A DNA stretch of 30,475 nucleotides from a virus (IMGVR_UViG_3300049042_000218:1-30475), one strand, 5' to 3'; positions 1 to 8,316 are shown, numbered from the stretch's first letter. Notes: a model not told the origin generated them from the sequence alone. Numbers and translations are program-made.

Positions 1-468
1 TTGCAAGCCATCGTGGCCGTGCAACTGACCGCCGCCCTCGACCATGTGCAGCGTGAACTGTCAGCCATCGACGGCTTCGGCTCAGGCGCACCCGAGGTCG
101 CTATCCGGTCATCATCAGACCTCACCGGGCCCGAACGGTACGCCGACGCACGCTGGGCGCTGACCGACGCCAGGGAACAGTTGCGGGACGCCAAGGATGC
201 AGTGCTTGAGTCGATCCGTGACCTGCACGAGCTGTGCCGTCGAGTGATCATCATGCGAACCCCGAAGGTCGTTGTGAAGCCCGAGGACACCAAGCGCGAC
301 CTGTGCTGCAGTCACCAGTCCGGCAAGCACGCCGTGATCGAATGGGGCGACGCAGATTGCTTCATGCCGGGCGTCAAGTCCGGCCTCTGCCAGCGTCACT
401 ACATGGCGTGGTGGCGTGCACGGACGCGTGATGGCATCGACATCAGCAAAGACCATGAGCCGCTGTAA
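1..468 (+). CDS. Hypothetical protein with C-terminal Cys/His cluster; putative late-gene transcriptional activator (5' end may lie outside window)
   Basis: Helical N-terminal part, then CCSH...C...C..H; last gene before the HNH/terminase block, followed by direct repeats. Confidence 0.55.
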   Translation: MQAIVAVQLTAALDHVQRELSAIDGFGSGAPEVAIRSSSDLTGPERYADARWALTDAREQLRDAKDAVLESIRDLHELCRRVIIMRTPKVVVKPEDTKRDLCCSHQSGKHAVIEWGDADCFMPGVKSGLCQRHYMAWWRARTRDGIDISKDHEPL

Positions 469-491
469 CCGTCAACACTGCGATGTAACCG
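464..491 (+). promoter_or_regulatory. TGTAACCG direct repeat (464-471, 484-491); candidate late-promoter activator site
   Basis: Two exact 8-mers starting 20 bp apart, followed by TGTGCTAGAAC (extended -10-like) upstream of the HNH gene. Confidence 0.45.
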
Positions 492-517
492 GACAATGTG
501 CTAGAACACATACGTTC

Positions 518-546
518 CGACCCGTGGGCCAACTGCCTGCGGGTCG
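518..546 (+). other. Stem-loop in late-operon leader
   Basis: CGACCCGTGGGC (518-529) pairs with GCCTGCGGGTCG (535-546), two G-U pairs, 5-nt loop; no U-tract. Confidence 0.55.
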
Positions 547-565
547 TTGCGTTGTCGAGGTGAAC

Positions 566-841
566 ATGCCGGCACATTCCAGGGCGCACTACCGAGGCGA
601 TTACGCAGCTCGAGCACGCGTCGTTCGTAACGCTGCATACGCTGACCCGACCACACGTTGCTGGCGTTGTGGGCGCACACTTGCCGAGCATGGAGCTGCA
701 GCGCGTTGGGATGCCGGTCACCTGCGTGACGGAGATCCAACCAGTCCGCTTGCGCCCGAGGCAAGCAGCTGCAACCGCTCGGCTGGAGCAACGGCGGGCA
801 ACCTGCGACGGCGGCAACTGAAGACGTCCCGAGAATGGTGA
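566..841 (+). CDS. HNH-type endonuclease-like protein (terminase-associated)
   Basis: GAGGTG RBS before ATG 566; CWRC...WDAGH...PEASSCNRSAG and C-terminal TSREW typical of actinophage pre-terminase HNH proteins. Confidence 0.8.
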   Translation: MPAHSRAHYRGDYAARARVVRNAAYADPTTRCWRCGRTLAEHGAAARWDAGHLRDGDPTSPLAPEASSCNRSAGATAGNLRRRQLKTSREW

Positions 842-1308
842 CCGTCGCCAGTCTCACTGAAGCCAATGACTTGCACGTCAACTTCGAGACAGTGATCACC
901 GCTGGGCCGCGCCCACGCGACATCACATGGAAGCATCAACACCATCTGATCCGTTCGTTCTACGACATCAACAACAGCCAGGCTCGAGGCGCACCAACAG
1001 TCGACGACGTTGCAGCGATGCTTTCGTTCGGCGCAGCTCGTTCATCTGTCTTGGTGCATTGCCATCGTGGCGAAAGCAGATCGGTTGCGGTGGCAATCGG
1101 ACTCCTGGTGCAAGCCGGTGCAAGTCCGAGCGAGGCAACTGAGCAGCTGAAAGCGCAACACGTTGCAGGTCGTTCGTTCATTCCGAACGCATTAGTGCTG
1201 ACTCACGTCGAGTCGGTCCTTGGTCGACCCGGCCTGGTCGCTGAGGTTGCACGGCAAGCACCGACCTCGGGTGTCCTGCTGCCGCTGGGCACCACCCGCC
1301 CCTGGTAG
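835..1308 (+). CDS. Protein-tyrosine/dual-specificity phosphatase family protein (CX5R)
   Basis: VLVHCHRGESRS = HCX5R(S) P-loop, upstream FYDI acid loop, downstream PN motif; start overlaps the HNH stop. Confidence 0.82.
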   Translation: MVTVASLTEANDLHVNFETVITAGPRPRDITWKHQHHLIRSFYDINNSQARGAPTVDDVAAMLSFGAARSSVLVHCHRGESRSVAVAIGLLVQAGASPSEATEQLKAQHVAGRSFIPNALVLTHVESVLGRPGLVAEVARQAPTSGVLLPLGTTRPW

Positions 1309-1313
1309 CCCAG

Positions 1314-1465
1314 ATTCTGAGGCGTGGGTCGGTTTTTCACGGTGGGTGGGGGGCCAGACGACCCCCGAAAACTTCTGTACGTATATTTACCCTGCTAGAG
1401 GGGCTTGCCGGTCAACGCCTGGACCCACAGCGTGACCGAGCAATGTCACAGACAGTGAGCATTCC
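1314..1465. other. Putative cos/packaging-site region
   Basis: Non-coding gap before terS with TTTTTC...GGGGGG...GACCCCCGAAAA imperfect inverted repeat and an AT-rich patch (GTACGTATATTTAC); position typical of cos sites in HNH/HK97-type phages. Confidence 0.45.
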
Positions 1466-1747
1466 GTGTCCATCGCAACAGCAGCATCCTCCGGCGATCG
1501 GCGAACCACGCTGATCGCAATGCGAGACAAGTTGGCCGCCGACATGGACACGGCAGCTCCAGCCGTTGTGGCGCAAGTCGCTGCCAGGTTGCAGGCCGTG
1601 TTGGCCGAGATCGACGGTCTCGCCACCGAAGGGGAGATCGACCTTGCTGACCAGCTCGCGCAGCGCCGTCTTGATCGGATCGCAGCGACCAAGTCTGCTC
1701 AGTCTGCCAGCAAGCAGACACGGCAGCGCCGGCCGAGAAGCAGTTGA
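1466..1747 (+). CDS. terS: Terminase small subunit
   Basis: Short helical protein (LIAMRDKLA...DLADQLAQRR) immediately upstream of and overlapping TerL. Confidence 0.8.
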   Translation: MSIATAASSGDRRTTLIAMRDKLAADMDTAAPAVVAQVAARLQAVLAEIDGLATEGEIDLADQLAQRRLDRIAATKSAQSASKQTRQRRPRSS

Positions 1748-3134
1748 ATTCGCTCTCAGCGTCGGCTTGCTGTTGGACAACTGGCAACAATGGCTCCTCG
1801 AGGAGTCGCTAGCCGAGAACGCCGAGGGCCAGCACGCAGCATTCGAAGTCGGGATTGAAGTCGGCCGGCAGAACGGCAAGGGCGCAGTTCTTGAAGCTCG
1901 TCAACTGGCGGGCCTGTTCGTCGTTCGGGAACGCCTGCAGATCCATTCTGCTCACGAGTTCCGCACCACGTTCGAACACTTCCTGCGGCTCACCAACCTG
2001 ATCGACGGATCGCCAGCGATGTCGAAGAAAGTTGCACGCATACGGCGCGGCGCTGGCGAACAGGCGATCGAACTCAAGACCGGTGAGCGTCTGCGGTTCA
2101 TTGCGCGATCAGGTGGTTCTGGTCGAGGTATGTCTGGTGATTGCGTTTACCTGGACGAGGCGTTCGCTGTCACACCCGTGATGATCGGCGCACTGCTGCC
2201 AACGCTGTCGGCTCGTCCGAACCCGCAGATCTGGTTCACGTCCTCGGCCCCGATGTCGTCCTCGGCGATGATGCACTCGTTGCGTCGACGGGCGATCGAA
2301 GGAACATCGCCTAGGCTGTTCTACGCAGCATGGTGCAACGAACCGGGCTCAGACCCGGACGATTGGGATGCCATCGCTCGAGCCAACCCTGCGTTGGGTA
2401 TTCGCATCTCGCCCGAGTTTGTAGAAGCTGAACGTGCGGCAATGCCGCTCACAGAGTTTCTTCGCGAACGGTTGGGGATTCCTGATCCGCCGCCCGAAGA
2501 CTCAGTTGTCCGTGATCCAAAACTTCCGGCGGATGCGTGGGCGGCAACCATCACGCACAATCCGCCAGTCATCAATCCAGGCGAGATCGTGCTGTCGTTC
2601 GATGTCGCTCCAGGTGGCGAGTGGGCATCAATCGCGGTAGCGGCCGGTTCGCTTGATGCACCGTACGTCGAGGTGATCGAACACCAGGCCGGCACCGGCT
2701 GGTTGCCAGATCGTCTGCTTGAACTGGTTCAGCGGTGGCAACCGACTGTGGTTGTGTGCGACGGCGTCGGCCCCGCTGGCGCAACGGTTGCTGCAGTGCT
2801 GTTGGCATTCCGGCAGGCCGGCATCAGCGCCGACCTGCTACATCAAGTCACCTTCACGGAACTCAAGCGTGCGTGCGGTGCATTCTTTGCCGATGTTGTC
2901 GAAGGACGATTGAAACGGCCCGCCAACCAAGGGCCGCTGGAGAACGCAGCTGCGGACGCAGCCGAACGGCAGCTTGGTGAAGCGTGGGCGTGGGATCGGC
3001 GGAATGCCACGGTGCCGATCTCACCGCTGGTAGCCGTGACGTTGGCACGGTGCATGTTGTCGACCGAACCGGCAGTCAACAGCGAACAGTTCGATGGCGG
3101 GTTCGTTGACCTTGCCGACTTCCTCGAGGATTGA
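1644..3134 (+). CDS. terL: Terminase large subunit
   Basis: Walker A GRQNGKG, Walker B VYLDEA, nuclease LSFDV; start placed at TTG 1644 behind GAAGGGGAG RBS (ORF track extends it to 1566). Confidence 0.95.
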   Translation: MLTSSRSAVLIGSQRPSLLSLPASRHGSAGREAVEFALSVGLLLDNWQQWLLEESLAENAEGQHAAFEVGIEVGRQNGKGAVLEARQLAGLFVVRERLQIHSAHEFRTTFEHFLRLTNLIDGSPAMSKKVARIRRGAGEQAIELKTGERLRFIARSGGSGRGMSGDCVYLDEAFAVTPVMIGALLPTLSARPNPQIWFTSSAPMSSSAMMHSLRRRAIEGTSPRLFYAAWCNEPGSDPDDWDAIARANPALGIRISPEFVEAERAAMPLTEFLRERLGIPDPPPEDSVVRDPKLPADAWAATITHNPPVINPGEIVLSFDVAPGGEWASIAVAAGSLDAPYVEVIEHQAGTGWLPDRLLELVQRWQPTVVVCDGVGPAGATVAAVLLAFRQAGISADLLHQVTFTELKRACGAFFADVVEGRLKRPANQGPLENAAADAAERQLGEAWAWDRRNATVPISPLVAVTLARCMLSTEPAVNSEQFDGGFVDLADFLED

Positions 3135-3144
3135 AAGGCCGGGC

Positions 3145-3276
3145 ATGGGTACTGCGTTGCAACTGTTCGGCCTTGCCCTGCTCGTCGTTGGGGCTGCGTT
3201 CGTGTCGATCCCTGCCGCTGTCGCAGCGGTCGGTGTCGTGTCGGTGTTCGTGGGGCTTGCTGCGGAGCGTGAATGA
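3145..3276 (+). CDS. Small hydrophobic membrane protein upstream of portal
   Basis: 43 aa, two hydrophobic stretches, stop overlaps portal ATG; such genes are common at this position in HK97-like phages. Confidence 0.7.
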   Translation: MGTALQLFGLALLVVGAAFVSIPAAVAAVGVVSVFVGLAAERE

Positions 3277-4736
3277 TGCTGCGTCAACTGTTCCAGAACG
3301 CGCCCATCGAGGAACGCGCACAGGCCACCACCTGGGGCGACTGGCCCGGTGACGCCAACACTGTCGGCGCCGCAACCGTTTCCGAACTGACGGCGATGCA
3401 GCTGCTCGCTGTCGCCGGTTGTGTCCGTCTGATCGCCGACTCGATCGCCACCCTGCCGGTCGACACCTACCGGCGCAACAGCAACGGCGACCAGCTCGAG
3501 GTGCAGCCGCCAGCATGGCTGACAGAACCGACTGTCGACCTGGACTTCACGTCGTGGTGTACGCAGGCGATCACGTCGCTGCTGCTGCACGGCAACTGCT
3601 ACATCATGGTGCAGCGCAACAGCCTCGGTCAGATCGTCGAGATCCCGATCGTGGACCCGCAGTCGGTGCAGGTGTTCCGTGACCGTGGGATGGTCCGCTA
3701 CCGAATCAACGGTTCCCTGTTCGAGGGCCAGATGGTGCACATCAAGGGGATGATGCTGCCCGGTTTCGATACCGGTCTGTCGCCCCTGGAGTATGCGCGC
3801 CAGTCGATCGGGCTCGGCTTGAACGCTGTCGAGTTCGGCATCGACCAGTTCAACACGTTCAACAACATGCCCGGCGTGATCGAGATCCCCAAGCGCGCCC
3901 AGCCCGATCAGATGACCGCAATGGCGCAGGCGTGGCGTCGGGCCCGTCAGAAGCGCAACCGTGGCCTGCCCGGTGTGCTTGAGGATGGGGCGACGTGGAA
4001 GTCGACCGGTGTCACCAACGAGCAGGCACAGTTCCTGCAGCTGCGTCAATGGACCGCTGCCGAGATCGCCGGCCAAGTGTTCATGGTCGACCCTGCCGAT
4101 CTCGGCATCCCGGTCGCTGGCACCTCGTTGACCTATGCCAACTTGGAGCAGCGCAACATCCGCCGTCTGCAGGTGACGTTCCTGCCGTGGATCATCCGGC
4201 TTGAGAAAGCGCTGTCGGCGCTGTTGCCGCAGCCTCGCTTCGTCAAGTTCAACGTCGACGGCCTGCTGCGCGGTGACTCGTCGACCCGTTGGGCGATCTA
4301 TCAGACCGCCTCAAACATCAACGCCGCCGCCGCTGGTTACGGCCAAGGGCCGGTGCTGACGACCGCCGAGATGCGTGAGTTCGAGGACTTGAACAAGTTG
4401 CCCGACATGCCGCCGCCGCCGGCACCCGAGCCTGCCGTGACACAGACGAACTCGGCGGCGCCGGTCAACCTGACGCTGAACATGGGTGAGCAACGGTTCG
4501 AAGGCGCCCAGGTGACCGTCAACCCGCAGGTCGACGTGCATGTCCCGGAGCAGGAAGCAGCGAACGTGACGATCCGCCAGGAGGGCCCGCAGGTGCATGT
4601 CGCGCCGGAGGTGTTCATCGAACGGTCGCCCGAACCCGAGGTCGTCGAGCCCGCACCGCCCAAGCAGACGCGCCGCATGGTGGAACGTGACGAGCTGGGC
4701 CGCATCGCAGTGATCATCGACGAGGTTGTGTCATGA
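3273..4736 (+). CDS. HK97-family portal protein with C-terminal extension
   Basis: AVAGCVRLIADSIATLP, LLLHGNCY, GLSPLEYA, TYANLEQ, VKFNVDGLLRGD motifs; Pro/Val/Glu-rich tail ending RRMVERDELGRIAVIIDEVVS. Confidence 0.95.
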   Translation: MMLRQLFQNAPIEERAQATTWGDWPGDANTVGAATVSELTAMQLLAVAGCVRLIADSIATLPVDTYRRNSNGDQLEVQPPAWLTEPTVDLDFTSWCTQAITSLLLHGNCYIMVQRNSLGQIVEIPIVDPQSVQVFRDRGMVRYRINGSLFEGQMVHIKGMMLPGFDTGLSPLEYARQSIGLGLNAVEFGIDQFNTFNNMPGVIEIPKRAQPDQMTAMAQAWRRARQKRNRGLPGVLEDGATWKSTGVTNEQAQFLQLRQWTAAEIAGQVFMVDPADLGIPVAGTSLTYANLEQRNIRRLQVTFLPWIIRLEKALSALLPQPRFVKFNVDGLLRGDSSTRWAIYQTASNINAAAAGYGQGPVLTTAEMREFEDLNKLPDMPPPPAPEPAVTQTNSAAPVNLTLNMGEQRFEGAQVTVNPQVDVHVPEQEAANVTIRQEGPQVHVAPEVFIERSPEPEVVEPAPPKQTRRMVERDELGRIAVIIDEVVS

Positions 4737-5143
4737 CGATCAAGTACACGTCTGCAATCCGCAACGCCATGTTGGACACGATCACGTCCGCCGCTGGCGG
4801 TTCAGCGTTGCTCCGCATCTACGACAACACCGCTCCCGGCCGGCCGGCGAACGCCAACACTGCTGTCACGACCCAGGTGAAGTTGGCTGAGCTGACATGC
4901 AACGCCACGTTCGCCGCAGCCGCATCGGGCGGCGTGCTCACCTTGAACGCGATCACCGGTGCGAACGCCTTGGCGTCCGGTACTGCGTCGTGGTTCCGGA
5001 TCACGAACTCGGCTGGCACCGTCGTCATCCTTGACGGCGACATCAGCACCACTCTCAGCGACCTCAACCTGTCGACCACGACGATCGTGTCCGGTCAGCC
5101 GATCTCGATCACGTCGTTCACGATCACCGAGGGCAACGGCTGA
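4733..5143 (+). CDS. Small beta-rich virion protein (putative fibre bead subunit)
   Basis: RNAMLD...LRIY...GTASWFR...DGD...DLNL pattern; Thr/Ala/Gly-rich; translationally coupled to portal. Confidence 0.6.
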   Translation: MTIKYTSAIRNAMLDTITSAAGGSALLRIYDNTAPGRPANANTAVTTQVKLAELTCNATFAAAASGGVLTLNAITGANALASGTASWFRITNSAGTVVILDGDISTTLSDLNLSTTTIVSGQPISITSFTITEGNG

Positions 5144-5949
5144 TGGCCGACAGTGACGTCCCGATCACAGCCGGGTCGGGCACCAAGATCGACACCCGCA
5201 CCGTCGGCGCCGGCGTTGACGAGCACCGGCAAGTCGTTGTCATCGGTGACCCGTCAACGGCAGCAGCGGTCGGCACCGTCACCGCGACCGGCGGCCTGCG
5301 TGTCGAGCCGTACCTGACGAACGCTGCCGGAACCGGTGTCGCCGGCTTCCAGCAGGAAGACCAGCCGCACTCCGACGGTCATGCCGGCGTGATGATGCTC
5401 GGCGTCCGCAACCACTTCACCGGCTCCACTGCCGACGGCGACTACAGCGCAGTCTCGGTGTCGTCGTACGGTGACCTGCACACCGTTAGCCGCCGTGACC
5501 TGCAGCGCATCTCGGTCGCATCCGGTTCGCTGACCACCGCCACCACCAACTATGCGGCCGGTGACCAGCTCGGCACCCAGTTCATCATCACCGGCGCAGC
5601 TCGAGGTTCGCTGACCGGCGGTGCGATCGTTGGCGTCACGTTGATCGACGCCGCCGACAAGATCGGCGCAGTTGATGTCGTGTTCACCGATTCGGCGATC
5701 ACCCTCGCGGCCGACAACGCCGCCTACGCCATCAGCGACGCCGATGCGCTCAAGGTGGTCGGCATCGTCCAACTGGCTGGCGCTTACGACATCGGCAACA
5801 ACCGTGTCGCTCAGGCGCAGAACCTGTCGATCCCGTTCGTCACGTCGGGCGGTTCGGCGCTCTATGCCGGACTCATCACCAGGTCGGCCAACGGCACGTT
5901 CGTCGCAGCGACCGATCTGCAGCTGATCACCTACGTCGAACGGTACTGA
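5143..5949 (+). CDS. Virion structural protein, putative fibre component
   Basis: Gly/Thr/Ala-rich, QEDQPHSDGHAGVMMLGVRN...DGDY motif, beta-rich C-terminal domain; coupled start/stop. Confidence 0.55.
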   Translation: MADSDVPITAGSGTKIDTRTVGAGVDEHRQVVVIGDPSTAAAVGTVTATGGLRVEPYLTNAAGTGVAGFQQEDQPHSDGHAGVMMLGVRNHFTGSTADGDYSAVSVSSYGDLHTVSRRDLQRISVASGSLTTATTNYAAGDQLGTQFIITGAARGSLTGGAIVGVTLIDAADKIGAVDVVFTDSAITLAADNAAYAISDADALKVVGIVQLAGAYDIGNNRVAQAQNLSIPFVTSGGSALYAGLITRSANGTFVAATDLQLITYVERY

Positions 5950-5950
5950 T

Positions 5951-6799
5951 ATGCCGCTCACCTTCGGTGCAGCCACCAGCAACACCGTCAGCCTGCTCGG
6001 CACCAGCTTCGGCAGCACCGGCCAAGCCGGCCTGATCGCCGGATGGTGGCGGCCGACCACGCTGACCGCAGGCCGCTACTGGTGCGCGATGGGTATCAAC
6101 TCGGCCACCGCCAACTACGGCGTCAGGGTCGGGACCACAACCTCGACGTTGCAACTGTCCTCAGCGACCGCCACCACGGTCGGATCATGGACCGCCACCG
6201 CCGACACCACCGTCTTCCCTTCCGGGATCGTCGCTGGCAGCTGGTACTTCATGGCGGCGCTTGTGTCGATCGTGACCGGCCCGACCATCGCCTGGCGTGT
6301 CTGGCTCGGTGACGCCACAACGCCACCAACACCGATGACGATCGTGCAGAACACCGCACCCGCTGGTGCGTTGTCCGCCACCGCCAACCAGGCGCTCGGC
6401 AACCACACTGCCACCGCCGGCACCGCAGCGTTCCAAGGCGACATCGGCCAAGTGTCGATGCTGCAATACACGAGCGGCGTCAACACACCGTTCCCGATCG
6501 CTGCGGCCGGCACCATCACCACCGATGAAGCGTTACTGATCGAGCAGCAATACGTGCGGCCGTTGTGGCTCGGCAACCATCCCGGCCACTTCCCTCGAGA
6601 CGGTGCCACCGCTGGCGATTGGGTCATGTGGGAGAACCGGCTGACCGGCACCTATATCCGCCAACAACTTTCGGCTACGGCAGCGACTGCCATCAGCCGC
6701 ACTGACGGCACGTCGTCAGGCGTGACGGTCGCAGCAACGGAACAGCCACGGATCGTGGACATCTCGGCGAACGTGAGGTTGCCGCTAGTCAGGAGATGA
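5951..6799 (+). CDS. LamG/concanavalin A-like domain protein
   Basis: GWWRP...GSWYFMA...VWLG...FQGDIGQV pattern of LamG-like jelly rolls. Confidence 0.6.
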   Translation: MPLTFGAATSNTVSLLGTSFGSTGQAGLIAGWWRPTTLTAGRYWCAMGINSATANYGVRVGTTTSTLQLSSATATTVGSWTATADTTVFPSGIVAGSWYFMAALVSIVTGPTIAWRVWLGDATTPPTPMTIVQNTAPAGALSATANQALGNHTATAGTAAFQGDIGQVSMLQYTSGVNTPFPIAAAGTITTDEALLIEQQYVRPLWLGNHPGHFPRDGATAGDWVMWENRLTGTYIRQQLSATAATAISRTDGTSSGVTVAATEQPRIVDISANVRLPLVRR

Positions 6800-6802
6800 C
6801 CG

Positions 6803-7369
6803 ATGTCGCTGCTGCTGCTGTTCGGTGGAGTAGCGCCAACCGGTGTCACTGGCACCAGCGCCACCACCAACGCCAACGACACGTCGAGTGCCACCGGCAC
6901 CGTGACGATCGTCGGCAGCTCGGCAACGACGAACGCTGCCGACACATCATCAGCGTCCGGCACTGTCACCAACACCGTCACCGGCACCTCGGCAACAACG
7001 AACGCTGCCGACACCTCGACGGCGTCGGGCACTGTCACCATCGTCGGCACCTCGACGACAACCAATGCCAACGACACGTCGAACGCCACCGGCAAAGTCA
7101 CCATCGTCGGCACCAGCGCCACCACCAACGCCAACGACACCTCGACGGCGTCCGGCGATTCCGGCACACCAGCGCTCACCGATGACGTCAGCCACGGCGG
7201 CCTGCGGCCACGGCAACGACGCCGACCCGAACGACAACTGCCGATCCTCCTGCCACCGGTGTTCGCCTACGGCGACGCCATCAACACCATCGACTTCTCC
7301 ACCAGCAACGGGCTCGTCGACCCGCACAACATCTTCCTCGAGGACGAGGAACTGCTGCTTCTTGTCTAG
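6803..7369 (+). CDS. Thr/Ser-rich repeat protein with hydrophobic termini (MSLLLLF...EDEELLLLV)
   Basis: AGGAG RBS; five 21-23 aa repeats, then a basic RPRQRRR segment and an acidic-hydrophobic C-terminus. Confidence 0.75.
   Translation: MSLLLLFGGVAPTGVTGTSATTNANDTSSATGTVTIVGSSATTNAADTSSASGTVTNTVTGTSATTNAADTSTASGTVTIVGTSTTTNANDTSNATGKVTIVGTSATTNANDTSTASGDSGTPALTDDVSHGGLRPRQRRRPERQLPILLPPVFAYGDAINTIDFSTSNGLVDPHNIFLEDEELLLLV
6845..7160 (+). repeat. Five tandem coding repeats, consensus (V)GTSATTNA(N/A)DTS(S/T)ASGTVT
   Basis: Visible in protein; DNA copy GGCACCAGCGCCACCACCAACGCCAACGACAC occurs near 6851 and 7109. Confidence 0.9.
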
Positions 7370-7377
7370 GAGGCTTC

Positions 7378-8316
7378 ATGCCCAGCATCATCGAACGCGC
7401 TGCCCGCTCCGAGCGCGAGACCCGATCGTTCACCGTTGCCGACCTCGAGTTGCGTGACGGCACCGGAGGCTTCACCTTCGAAGGTGTCGCATCGGTCGTC
7501 AACACCGGCTACCACGTCCGTGACCAGTGGGGTGACTACACCGAGACAATCCTGCCCGGTGCGTTCAACCGCACGTTGAAGCAGAAGGCCGACGTCCGTC
7601 TCCTGGTGAACCATTCCGGCGTTCCGCTTGCCCGCAGCAAGTCCGGCACCCTCAAGCTGACCGCTGATCCGAACCTGCGGGCGACCGCCACGCTCGACCC
7701 GTCGAACCCGACGGTGCAGGAGATCCGGTCGGCCATGAACCGTGGCGACCTCGACCAGATGTCGATCGGGTTCCGTGTCCGCGACGAGGAATGGTCATCG
7801 GACTATTCGCAGCGGTCGATCAAGGAGATCGAACTGTTCGACGTCTCCGTCGTCACCTACCCGGCATCACCAACCACCACCGCCCAACTGCGGTCCTTCG
7901 ATGCGTTCATCGCCGACATCCGTGACGTCGACATGACCCACGACCAGATGCGTCGCGCCGTCCGGGCGTTGAACCGCCGCTTCGCCGATGTCTGGAACGA
8001 GGAAGTCGAATCGTGGCTCGAGCTGGCGCTGAAGGCCCGCTTCGCCACCACGCCGCTGACGATGATCGAGGTCGAAGACTTCAACGACCAGCAGGTCATC
8101 TTCTGCCTCTACGGCACCGAAACCGACGGCTACTTCCAGCTCGGCTACAGCCTCAACTCAGACAACACCGTCACCCTGGACACCGCTGACCCGGTGCAGG
8201 TGAACGAAGTTGTCTCCTACGTTCCGATCCGATCCAACCAGCAGTTCGAGCAGCGTGACCGCGCCGACCGCGAAGCGTTGGACCGCAAGATCGCCGCCCG
8301 ACCCGCCCTGGTCTGA
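7378..8316 (+). CDS. HK97-family prohead protease with C-terminal extra domain
   Basis: FEGVASV, ETILPGAF, LLVNH (catalytic His), QMSIGF (catalytic Ser), LFDVSVVTYPA; AGGAGG RBS. Confidence 0.95.
   Translation: MPSIIERAARSERETRSFTVADLELRDGTGGFTFEGVASVVNTGYHVRDQWGDYTETILPGAFNRTLKQKADVRLLVNHSGVPLARSKSGTLKLTADPNLRATATLDPSNPTVQEIRSAMNRGDLDQMSIGFRVRDEEWSSDYSQRSIKEIELFDVSVVTYPASPTTTAQLRSFDAFIADIRDVDMTHDQMRRAVRALNRRFADVWNEEVESWLELALKARFATTPLTMIEVEDFNDQQVIFCLYGTETDGYFQLGYSLNSDNTVTLDTADPVQVNEVVSYVPIRSNQQFEQRDRADREALDRKIAARPALV

Noticed and set aside
503-517. GAAC...GTTC as a LexA/SOS box
   Set aside because: Spacer is 6 nt (ACATAC), not the 4 nt of the actinobacterial box
1566-1643. TerL N-terminal extension from the ORF track
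   Set aside because: No RBS, deep inside terS; TTG 1644 has a good SD
6845-7160. CRISPR array or DGR repeat
   Set aside because: Degenerate in-frame coding repeats without unique spacers; no cas or reverse transcriptase gene in the window
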